A stretch of DNA of 64,000 nucleotides from a virus, in IMG/VR virus record IMGVR_UViG_3300025030_000054, positions 1-64,000 of that record, one strand, 5' to 3'. Below the pieces are notes generated by a model that saw only the letters and a list, made by a program, of their open reading frames with translations, did not search any database and was not told where the DNA came from. The first letter of the stretch is position 1. Each line of letters begins with the position of its first letter. Positions 9,725 through 18,948 of the stretch are shown here, piece after piece. Made by a program: the position numbers and the translations under genes.

Positions 9725-9866
9725 AGAGTAGTGTTGCAGGTAATTTGGCGAGTAGTATTGTGAGTAGTGTTGCAGGTAATTTGGCGAGTAGTATGGCAAG
9801 TAATGCATTCAGTAATGTGCTAAGTAGTATGGCAAGTAGTATGGCAAGTAGTATGGCAAGTAGTGT
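9725..9866. repeat. Degenerate 12-bp-period tandem array (AAGTAGTATGGC-like; 36-bp higher-order duplicate)
   Basis: Read directly. Confidence 0.9.
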
Positions 9867-10080
9867 TATAGGTAATCTTTAAAGCTATATAGGAAGTAGT
9901 ATTTTAAATCTTGGGTAAGTTGAGGGGTTTCTCGTTTCTCATTAAAAGAAAATAATTTGCCTCCGCCCCCACCTGGGCACATTTCCCTTGTAATCAAACA
10001 GTGTTTTAGTTTATAATATACTCCTGACGCCTCGATCCCGGACACAATATGCATATATAGATATATGGATTATCATATGT

Positions 10081-10168
10081 CTTGATCCCGACCTGTCGAG
10101 CTGGACCTTGATCCCGACCTGTCGAGCTGGACCTTGATCCCGACCTGTCGAGCTGGACCTTGATCCCG
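10081..10168. repeat. 26-bp tandem repeat CTTGATCCCGACCTGTCGAGCTGGAC x3 plus partial copy
   Basis: Exact copies at 10081, 10107, 10133; partial at 10159. Confidence 0.95.
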
Positions 10169-10472
10169 TCAACCAACGCGCCAGTTAACTAAAAATGAAC
10201 CTATGCAAAATAAACTCTTGTAATCCATGTAGCATTGTGGTAATCTTTCTTATACGGTTTCACTCGTTCTTTTCACTCTCTGAACCGCTTCACCGGTACA
10301 CCTTGTTACATTATCTTTTAGTGAGATTTTTCTAATCTTTCTGGATATGGGATTGTATGCAATAATCGTGCCGGATAGTATCTCATTAAAACTTTCTAAT
10401 GAACCTGGAAAATGGTAATTACCAATTTGAGAGGCTGGCAAGAGAGGGTAAAAAAATAATTGAAAGAAAAGG

Positions 10473-10501
10473 TTGACACTGATTAGGGCATGTGGTAAAA
10501 A
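10473..10501 (+). promoter_or_regulatory. Sigma70 promoter
   Basis: TTGACA-N17-TAAAAT with TG. Confidence 0.75.
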
Positions 10502-10540
10502 TATAGCCAGGTAGTTAATCAAGTTGTTTGTAGGATTCTA

Positions 10541-10762
10541 ATGAAAGCACGGCGCATATTCAATCCAGACAAAAGACACAATGCGAAGATTGAACAGCTT
10601 TTGACAGAACTTCAGAAAGATGGTTTTACAGGTTTTACTAGGGAAGCTATCAAAGCAAATGACATTTATGTATATACCAATGAGGATAAGAATATCGGTT
10701 TACAATGTTGTGAGAATGAAGGAGAGGATGACAGTATTATGTGGCTGTATCCTGAAAAATAA
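10541..10762 (+). CDS. Hypothetical early protein
   Basis: ORF directly after a promoter. Confidence 0.6.
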   Translation: MKARRIFNPDKRHNAKIEQLLTELQKDGFTGFTREAIKANDIYVYTNEDKNIGLQCCENEGEDDSIMWLYPEK

Positions 10763-10765
10763 ACC

Positions 10766-10794
10766 TTGACACTCTCTAAACGATCTGGTACTCT
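10766..10794 (+). promoter_or_regulatory. Sigma70 promoter
   Basis: TTGACA-N17-TACTCT with TG. Confidence 0.6.
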
Positions 10795-10865
10795 TCTAAT
10801 CAGCTACACGAACAAACCACTAAACAGTCTACTAGCCAAACAGGTAGACAGGGGGAGAAAGAAAA

Positions 10866-11129
10866 ATGAGATACAAATTTAACGAACTTCCGACAATCAA
10901 TTTCCCTAAAAATCAAAAGGTTGTTCAGTATAACAGCCTCACGATTGATGGTGTAACAGAAACCGTCAGGATCATTGCTAGACTTGAATTTGTAAACGAA
11001 CTTTTCTACTACTTGTTAGATGGTAGAATCATTGTTTACAACCACAAAACTTTCACAGTGTACCAGAAAGGCAAAAGGATAATCGAGGCAGAATCTTTTC
11101 TTTACCTTTCCAGCACCCCTGAAAAATAG
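10866..11129 (+). CDS. Hypothetical early protein
   Basis: RBS GGGGAG; downstream hairpin 11139-11175. Confidence 0.6.
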   Translation: MRYKFNELPTINFPKNQKVVQYNSLTIDGVTETVRIIARLEFVNELFYYLLDGRIIVYNHKTFTVYQKGKRIIEAESFLYLSSTPEK

Positions 11130-11282
11130 ATTTTAACACTGCCTAGCATATTCCCTTAAAAGAATGTGCTAGGCAAATGTGATAAATTGTTTTTCGGTCT
11201 TAGTAAACAACCACAAAAGGTCACAGTCTGATTACCTTAGAAAACAGACACTACAGCCATAAAGGGCAAAGGAAACGAAGAC

Positions 11283-12263
11283 ATGAGAAAAACGATTGTA
11301 GCGAACATTGCCGCCATGATGTACTTCGCAGCAAACACCGAAAACGTCGGAAATGTGCCTGTAGACGAAACCAAAACGGAAGAAGCCGGAAAGGTCCAGG
11401 AAGTCCCCGAAAAAGCCAAGGGCAAAATCGGAACAGTCAATCCGGCAAGAGCAGCAGCGGCAGAAAAGGAAAATGAACTTGTGTCGGATGTGCTCAAGGC
11501 AAAAGACGAATTCAAGAAACCGGCGAACGATGAAGAACTGAAAACGCTGATCCACGAGCAATCGACCTACTTCAAAGAAATCGGCGACAATATCAACGGT
11601 GCAAGGATTTCGTCGGCGAAGTTGTGGCCTGTGTGGGAAAATCTCACGCCGATGACTTGGAACGAAAAATCCAACAAACTGGACCTCGGGAAGTTCTGCA
11701 AATCAATCTGGAACATGCTTGAGCCGGAGGTTAAACTTGCTGATCCCATGAAACCCAACACGTTCTTTGCTTGGGCTGAAGCAAGGAAGTACGGCAATAG
11801 CGCGGCCATGACCATCGAAAACATCAGGAACTATGTTAGGAACAACAAAGAGAAACTTTACCCGCATTGGTTCCCTGAGGTAGAAAAGAAGGAAGAAGTA
11901 AACAAAGGCGTGAAAGAAACCATAGACGCCGCTAAAAAAGCAAAACGGGAAGTAGAGGACGTCCTGAAACTCCAATATCTCCCGAAAGAGCAGTATGTCA
12001 TGCTCAACGAGAAAGGGGAGATTATCGAGGGTGCTAAGCCTGTAACCTTGGCCGACCTGCTCAAGGGTCTCATAGAAGAGATTAACAGCCATTTGCCCAA
12101 AGAAGAAACGCCACAAGCAAAGGCCGATAAGAACTATGAGGAGGAGTTGAAAGAACTTCAGGCGGAGAAAGAACAGCTTGCCAAGGAAAAAGCTGAACTT
12201 GAAAAGGAAAAAGCGAAGCTTGCAAAACAGGCGAAACATGCTGAAAAATCGGAAAAGAAATAA
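11283..12263 (+). CDS. Charged protein with C-terminal coiled coil, atypical codon usage
   Basis: 326 aa ORF, visibly more C/G at third positions than neighbours; flanked by hairpins. Confidence 0.8.
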   Translation: MRKTIVANIAAMMYFAANTENVGNVPVDETKTEEAGKVQEVPEKAKGKIGTVNPARAAAAEKENELVSDVLKAKDEFKKPANDEELKTLIHEQSTYFKEIGDNINGARISSAKLWPVWENLTPMTWNEKSNKLDLGKFCKSIWNMLEPEVKLADPMKPNTFFAWAEARKYGNSAAMTIENIRNYVRNNKEKLYPHWFPEVEKKEEVNKGVKETIDAAKKAKREVEDVLKLQYLPKEQYVMLNEKGEIIEGAKPVTLADLLKGLIEEINSHLPKEETPQAKADKNYEEELKELQAEKEQLAKEKAELEKEKAKLAKQAKHAEKSEKK

Positions 12264-12409
12264 GCTGTAAGGTGGTATGGAAGGTAGGCGTTTTTAGTCT
12301 ACCTTCCTGCTATCCTTTTAATCTCTCAGCCTAGGATTTGCTAGGACGCTAAAAGGATAGTAGGAAAATTCCAGAACAGTCAATCGTTCAAACGGATTGA
12401 CAAAGGAGA

Positions 12410-12616
12410 TTGAAAATGTATAAAATCGTACAAGCTTTCTATTCGGCTAATCGGAAAAACACTTTATGGGAAGAATGGAACGAATTTGTTAGATATGAAA
12501 CCAAAGAATTAGCAGAAAAAGCATTGCCTGCGATTATGGAAGAATCTGAAAAACAAGGGAATTATAGACCCCTTAGGATTGTTAAAACTAGAAACAAAAA
12601 ATTGGTAATTACCTAA
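12410..12616 (+). CDS. Hypothetical protein ending in palindrome-encoded KLVIT*
   Basis: RBS AAGGAG; stop codon lies in the GGTAATTACCTAA motif. Confidence 0.65.
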   Translation: MKMYKIVQAFYSANRKNTLWEEWNEFVRYETKELAEKALPAIMEESEKQGNYRPLRIVKTRNKKLVIT

Positions 12617-12846
12617 AACATAATCTGCTAAATCACAACAAAGCAGATACAAGGGGATTAAATGAAGAAATTACAGGTTCTCTTACATGGCGAATGGAAA
12701 TTAGTACAATGTGCCTTTCTTAACTGTCATTACCCTATAACCACTTCAGATAGAGATTTAGCTAGAACTTCGGACGATATAGCTATATTTCAGTCTCATT
12801 TCCCTACTCTTGAATTTAGGCCTGAACCTTAAAACAAAGCGTTAAC

Positions 12847-12892
12847 CAAAAGGCATTAGCCCAATTTACATAAAAGCTAATGCCTTTTGTTT
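12847..12892 (+). terminator. Intrinsic (possibly bidirectional) terminator
   Basis: CAAAAGGCATTAGC...GCTAATGCCTTTTG. Confidence 0.75.
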
Positions 12893-13680
12893 GATCCTTT
12901 ACATGCAAATACTTGAATTAATAGATGTTTTCGAGGATGCCCTACAAAGGCATTTAAACTGGCTACCCTTATCACGGTATTCAGGAAACCTTTTAGGCCA
13001 CTTAAAACGCAATTTAGGCGCATTTAAAGCCATTTTAGGGTATACCTTACTATGCCCCAAAAATAATAGGCACCTTAAAACGCAAATTTCAGGCTATTTT
13101 GTTGCAAACTTTAACTATAACTAACGGGATACCTGAATAACAGCCAGGTATTATGTAAGTATAGCTATATCTGTATACTTTTATGGCTATAGTTGCGCCT
13201 ATTGGGTAATTTGCTAACAGAAATTGGTAATTACCTATTTTGAGTGAATGTCTGGTTAAAGGATAGATGAAATTGGTAATTACCTATTTTAGAGGCTGGC
13301 AAGATGGATTGTCTAAGTGACTTGCTAAATTACTTACAGGATATTCCAGTATTCTACTAAAAACCTTGTAAGTAATTTAGCAGGTAGTTTAGAGAGTATA
13401 CAGAGCCGGGAAAAATTGGTAATTACCTATTTAGAGGCCGAAAAGAGGGATTTTGGGGTAAATTGGGTGAATGACCTTGGGAAACCCTTGTAAGTACCTG
13501 ATATTACGTTGTCGGGTGGCTGGAAATGGACCTTTTAAAAGGGGTCGTTTTGGGCGAAGAGTTTTCATCAAAATGGTTGATAGTAGTGGAAAAGGTACCC
13601 CTATAAAAGTATGGCTAAAAGGTTGATGATTTCTTACGCGGAAAAGAGAGGACGCCAGTTTTGCGGGGTTCTGTAAGTTA

Positions 13681-13732
13681 TTGAAATCACTACTTGAAAT
13701 CACTACTTGAAATCACTACTTGAAATACTACC
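13681..13732. repeat. 13-bp tandem repeat TTGAAATCACTAC x3 plus degenerate copy
   Basis: Read directly. Confidence 0.9.
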
Positions 13733-13784
13733 CTAAAATCACTTGAATAATTACCTAAAATATTATCTGTTAGACTGTTAGTTA

Positions 13785-13892
13785 TATTACTTGGAATATT
13801 ACTTGGAATATTACTTGGAATATTACTTGGAATATTACTTGGAATATTACTTGGAATATTACTTGGAAGATTACTTGGAAGATTACTTGGAA
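13785..13892. repeat. 12-bp tandem repeat (T/G)ATTACTTGGAA x9
   Basis: Read directly. Confidence 0.95.
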
Positions 13893-14386
13893 AACAATCC
13901 AGTCAATTTCGGGCCACGGTAAATAGTATCTAAAGTTATGTCTAAAGTTGTTATAGGCTGTTCTTTGGCTGTTTACAAAATTATCCAGGAAATTATCTTT
14001 GAAAACTATTTAGCATACAACCAAGAAACATCTAAATTGCTAGCTAAATCATTTTCAGAATTAACATCCTACCCTCACAATGTAAATTTAGGTAATTACC
14101 AATTTTTCAGACTCATAGAAAGGATACAAAACAAATTGCTACGCTTTAACAGAGAACTCCTAAACAAACTAAGCTCCGCTAACAAAACTCAGGAGAACAA
14201 CAAAATGAGAGCCGTACTTTCACCCTCGGAAAAAGACACTATCCCAAGAGTTTACGCGGATCTTACGATTCTTTGCCAAATTACTAAGCTGTTCACTGTA
14301 GAAGAGCTTAAAGTTTTAGAATCGGCTCAAAAGATTATCGGCCAGGTTATTGATGAAGATCGTTATTTGTAGTTGGTTAGCTGACT

Positions 14387-14587
14387 TAAACAACTATTTA
14401 GCTCCGCTACATAATGTTTTAAATTAGATAAAATCACTCCTCGTACCACTCAATGCACCACTTAACAGGTTAGCAATTTGTACCAGCTAACAAGGAGGCT
14501 CGCCATGAAAAATTCCCACATTGTTTCTAGTTTTACCATCTCTGTATTACCTAAACAACTATTTAGCTCCGCTACATAATGTTTTAA
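14387..14587. repeat. 36-bp direct repeat TAAACAACTATTTAGCTCCGCTACATAATGTTTTAA
   Basis: Copies at 14387-14422 and 14552-14587; partial third copy near 14161. Confidence 0.9.
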
Positions 14588-14874
14588 GCAACTCATCAAA
14601 ATTCATAAAATAGGTAATTACCAATTCAACGAAGCTAGCAGTTTTAACAAGCTAACTAGGAGGATTACCATGAACATAACACGGAAAGTAATGCAACAAG
14701 TACTGCAAAACGTCCTGGAAAGAGGAAATGGCGTAGTTTCTGGCGAACCTTTTGCTCTTGATTTTGAAGGCCACATAGTAGACGTTCTAGGAAATAGACT
14801 GGAAACAACCAAGCAAAGAGAGTCCAGGTTAATCTTGGAAATGCTTAGTCTTTCTTCCAATAGGAGGACTAACC

Positions 14875-15321
14875 ATGCCTAAGAAAATAATGACTTTGGG
14901 AAAACCTCGTATAGAGAAACGTCTCAAGTCTAACCTGATAGATGAAATCTCTAGAATGACCAATCTCATGCACCCTCGTCATCATAAATGGGCCTATTGT
15001 TGCCAGTTAGATGAAAAGGGCAACATAAAAATGTTTGACCAATGGGACCATACGATTTTGGTATGTAACTACTTTCTGATAACTAAGGCTCTAATTGACG
15101 AGACAGGTAGCTATGTTCTGGAAACTTTCTATGATTATGAACTGTTGCCTGAAGATTTGGTTCAGATAGAGAAAGATGTAAACATAGCTTTGATAGATAA
15201 CATCCATTTCTGGCGCAGAGAGTCAAAGTTTGTATTTTGGCTTGAGCGCAATGCTGCTAGACTAAATGGAATGTCGCCCAACGTAGCTATGGCGTACATT
15301 CGGAAAGAGTTTTACGTGTGA
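14875..15321 (+). CDS. Hypothetical protein
   Basis: RBS AGGAGG, 148 aa. Confidence 0.65.
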   Translation: MPKKIMTLGKPRIEKRLKSNLIDEISRMTNLMHPRHHKWAYCCQLDEKGNIKMFDQWDHTILVCNYFLITKALIDETGSYVLETFYDYELLPEDLVQIEKDVNIALIDNIHFWRRESKFVFWLERNAARLNGMSPNVAMAYIRKEFYV

Positions 15322-16638
15322 TTTTCGGACACTGATTATGTAAATGAAATAGGTAATTACCAAAATCAACTAAACCACTATAAAATTAGTACATAAGGAG
15401 AGTCAGCCATGCTATTTGTTATTAAGTATGAACACATTTTTGTAACTTTCGGCGCTATTTCTGTGTGTTTTGTAAGTACTAAACTGATACCTTTCGAGTA
15501 ACTTTAAAGGAGGCTTAAAAATGACTACCTGGAAAATTGTGGCATTTAACGGGACAGCAAAAGAGTATAGTTGCTCCATTGAGAAGGCTATCTCTCGGTT
15601 TTGTCGTGAGAATAATCTTCAGAGACTTGATATCTTTACGGTTATTCAGGTACACAGGGAGGTACAAAAATGATCTGGTATTTCTTTGCTTTGCTGTCTT
15701 GGGTGTCAATCTTTGTTTGTGGACTCTCATCGGTATTTTTGCGTGACCTGAGTGACTTTGGTGCTAAGGCTTTACTAATATCAATAGTCTACCTAATCGC
15801 CTACTACACTTACTAACAAGCTATCGGTTTTACCAATACCAAATAAATTCAAGGGGTTATATAAAATGTCGTATTTCATGAAAGACCAAGTTGACAGAAA
15901 AGCTAAAATGAACAGAATCTGGAACAGCGTGGAAACACTGTTCTATGAATTCGCTGACGGAATTATTAGCACAGGGAAGGAGTTCTTGGCTAAAAGTTAA
16001 AAATTGGAGGCACTATGTTCTGCACAACTTGTTTATCTAAGGTAGAGGAGATAGGCTCAGACATTTTTGTAAATGATTCCGAGGAGTTAGTAGAAGAATC
16101 CCAGATGCAGTGTGTTGCCTGTGGAGCCTTCGGAAGCATTTTTGTGGTTAACTGTTCTACAATTGAATATTTTGGAGTTTACGAGTCACCCTCGGAAGTA
16201 ATGGGTTAGCTGAAATTGGTAATTACCTATTCTGAACAACTTGAAAGGAGGTACTTATGCGCAAATAATCTAAAAACAAATCAAGAAGAGATTTTGGGCA
16301 CTACCTAACGTGAATGCTAAGTGCTCACTATCAGCAACCTAGAGAATTGGCTCTAGGATTGCTTAGAAAACTCAACTTTAGATTATTAGAAGTAGAGTCT
16401 TGTAAGCAATTCTAAAACCTTTAAAGGATAGCACTGTGAACACTAAAATAAAAGACAAAATAGAAGAACTTCTAACAACTATCAGAGGAACTGATTCTGG
16501 TAAATTTAATAATATGATATACCTAGGGAAAGGTTTTTCTAAACAGAACCTTGACGATGCTTTGGAAGAAATTAAGGAAATGCTTAGTCATAACTTAGCG
16601 CGCACTGAGGACCAAGCCAGGATTATCAATCAGAAATG

Positions 16639-16719
16639 CCTCTAAAACGAACGAGGATTGCCTGTAGAGGGACTTTAGAGGCTACCCTATAGGATGGTAT
16701 GGGTTATTGATAAAGTGGC
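16639..16719 (+). repeat. Double-hairpin dispersed element, copy 1
   Basis: Near-identical to the reverse complement of 49324-49361; related to 17037-17118. Confidence 0.8.
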
Positions 16720-17036
16720 TTTAAAACCACTAAAATTGACACAAATAAGGAGAAGTGGCTATGAGAAAGCACGCACTAATAATAACCGTAAGCAATTGCT
16801 ACAAAGCTTTGGACAGCGAGTTTTTAGTTTTAGATTTGGAAACAAATTTTAGCTGGGTTGATGCTTGCAACCTTTCAGCAGTTGAGTGGTTTTACAACTA
16901 AACAAGGAGACTGCCATGAGTGACTCGGTTGCGTGGTGTATCGTAGGAGTACTAACTGTATTTGATGCTGTAGTGGCGTACATCTTGGTAAAGCCGCTAT
17001 TCAAGAAATAACCACCATCATTCTCCTTCACAAATA

Positions 17037-17118
17037 GCCCTAGAACGCACGAGGATCGTCTCTAGGGCCACTTTAAAGCCTCCCCCATACCTTCCTATAG
17101 GGTAATCTTTAAAGTGGC
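17037..17118 (+). repeat. Double-hairpin dispersed element, copy 2
   Basis: GCCCTAGA/TCTAGGGC and GCCACTTTAAAG/CTTTAAAGTGGC stems. Confidence 0.8.
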
Positions 17119-17372
17119 CTCAGAAGCCATATTTTAAGCACAAGGAGGACCAAAGTGCTAAAACCAATTATGAAGGCTTATCTTGTCAATAGAGATTTGT
17201 ATAGGTTCAGAGAATCACTTAGACAGTTTCTTAGGGGAGATCCGTCCTCTGAGTCTAACAAACTGTATCTGAAGAAAAAGGCTGGAGATTTCTTCTACGG
17301 ACAGCAATACAAAACAATCATTGAAGCAATAAATAACCTATAAATTGGTAATTACCTAAAAAGGAGCCTACC

Positions 17373-17858
17373 ATGCAAGTTAAACAGCATACGAATTACT
17401 ACTCAGCTCTTCTCCTACAAGGTGCTAAAGTGGTTGAACCTCTGAAAATGCGAGGGGAGACTGAAAAGGGCAAGGGAAGGATGTGGAAGGCTACGGCTAA
17501 ACTGATGCTAGGTGGTTTTGAATATCACCTGAATGCAATGTTTCACGGCGGTCTTGCGGAAACCGAGGAGGTTGCTTCTGCGAATCTCAACATAGATAAA
17601 GTTGTAATGTTTGTTGAGGGTGGCAATGAGGCTGACTTTGTAGAGTATACGAGGGAAGGCTTTCAACTTCTCCTTTTAGACGATGGTGCCTACATTCTGC
17701 CGGATAAACAGAAAGAGGCCAGGAACGAGGTAAGAGCCATGTATCCTAGGAATATCAACACTTCTAGGTACGTTGGGATACCTACGCCTGAAGAGGTTGA
17801 GAGGATCAAAGAGTTGGGGTATGTGAAGATAGTTAGCTGGATGAATCACATTCGCTGA
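17373..17858 (+). CDS. Hypothetical protein flanked by palindrome copies
   Basis: RBS AAGGAG; motifs at 17347 and 17863. Confidence 0.7.
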   Translation: MQVKQHTNYYSALLLQGAKVVEPLKMRGETEKGKGRMWKATAKLMLGGFEYHLNAMFHGGLAETEEVASANLNIDKVVMFVEGGNEADFVEYTREGFQLLLLDDGAYILPDKQKEARNEVRAMYPRNINTSRYVGIPTPEEVERIKELGYVKIVSWMNHIR

Positions 17859-17894
17859 AATTGGTAGTTACCTAAATAATTTGGAGGATAAACA

Positions 17895-18131
17895 ATGAAA
17901 AGATTGCTTCTGATTCTTTGCATAGCTGTTTGTGTGTCTGGATGTGATTATAAGTATCAGTACGAAGAGATAAATGCACTACAAAAGCCTGTAATAGTCG
18001 CAGCGACAAGCAGAGATGGAGGAATACTTTTACGAGGGGGAGACGGCAAAGTTTATTTGGCTAACAGCACCACATACCTGGGACTGACTCTTAAAGACTG
18101 CAAAGTGGGAGACGTGATAGTCCCTAAATAG
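17895..18131 (+). CDS. Small lipoprotein
   Basis: MKRLLLILCIAVCVSGC lipobox-like signal peptide. Confidence 0.6.
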   Translation: MKRLLLILCIAVCVSGCDYKYQYEEINALQKPVIVAATSRDGGILLRGGDGKVYLANSTTYLGLTLKDCKVGDVIVPK

Positions 18132-18444
18132 GTAATTACCTAAACCAAACACGGAGGCTACAAAATGAGTGCTAAGAAAAACAAAGCAACAGGGCCTAGA
18201 GAGTGTTACACTATGCAGTTGTTCGGCTGGGAACCTGTAGTGTACCTGGACTTCAACACGGCCTACAAACTTATGCTGTCCTACATGGCTATGGAAGGGT
18301 GTGTTCCTAACATAGTTTCTGAGCAGATAATGGAGAAGTTGAATGGGGCATCTAAACAAGCAATCGTCTATGGTTTGAACGGTGGTTTGAAGGTTGACGT
18401 TTCAGTAATTTTCAGAAAACTTTCCTTGGTTACGGAGGTCACTG

Positions 18445-18720
18445 ATGAAGCGTAATCATAATCACCGTCAGATGGGTAGATGCAAAGTCTGTAACCACTA
18501 CATCTGGAAGCCTGAAACACTGGCTGCTAAGATTGGTCCTATATGTGCTAGGAAAGGCGCTAGTCTGGAAGTGAGTTTAGAAATTCAGGAGGAAATTTGG
18601 AGATTAGCGTCTCAGATTCTGAATGAGCAAAAACGGAAAGGCTACAGAGGTTTGAAAGCTAAGGCTCATAGTAACCTTTGGCTGTGGAAGAAAAACAAGA
18701 AATTGATAGAGGGGTGGTAA
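18445..18720 (+). CDS. DUF6011-like zinc finger protein
   Basis: RCKVC...KIGPICARK. Confidence 0.6.
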   Translation: MKRNHNHRQMGRCKVCNHYIWKPETLAAKIGPICARKGASLEVSLEIQEEIWRLASQILNEQKRKGYRGLKAKAHSNLWLWKKNKKLIEGW

Positions 18721-18919
18721 GGTGATGATTAGGTTTATCTTGGTATTGGCTAGTGTGGATCTTGTGATAATGTTAGTGCTATGGTTATTGTTGGAGTATG
18801 GTACGGGATTGGGTAGGTAGTGGGTTAGTGAGGGTTAGGGTTGTGGAGGTTAGGGCTGTAGGCAAACCTTAAAGGCAATCTATAGCCTATATAGGTAGTC
18901 TTCGCTTGACGCTCGACTT

Positions 18920-18948
18920 ATTATACCACAAGAATCCACTTTTGTCAA
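18920..18948 (-). promoter_or_regulatory. Antisense sigma70 promoter into non-coding unit
   Basis: TTGACA-N17-TATAAT with TG; 18890-18925 is the exact reverse complement of 3474-3509. Confidence 0.85.

Noticed and set aside
12891-13703. ORFs 12891-13124 and 13431-13703
   Set aside because: No RBS, atypical composition, overlap repeat/palindrome DNA; likely non-coding
10081-13892. Tandem arrays as CRISPR or mini-CRISPR
   Set aside because: Units are contiguous with no unique spacers; no cas genes in the window
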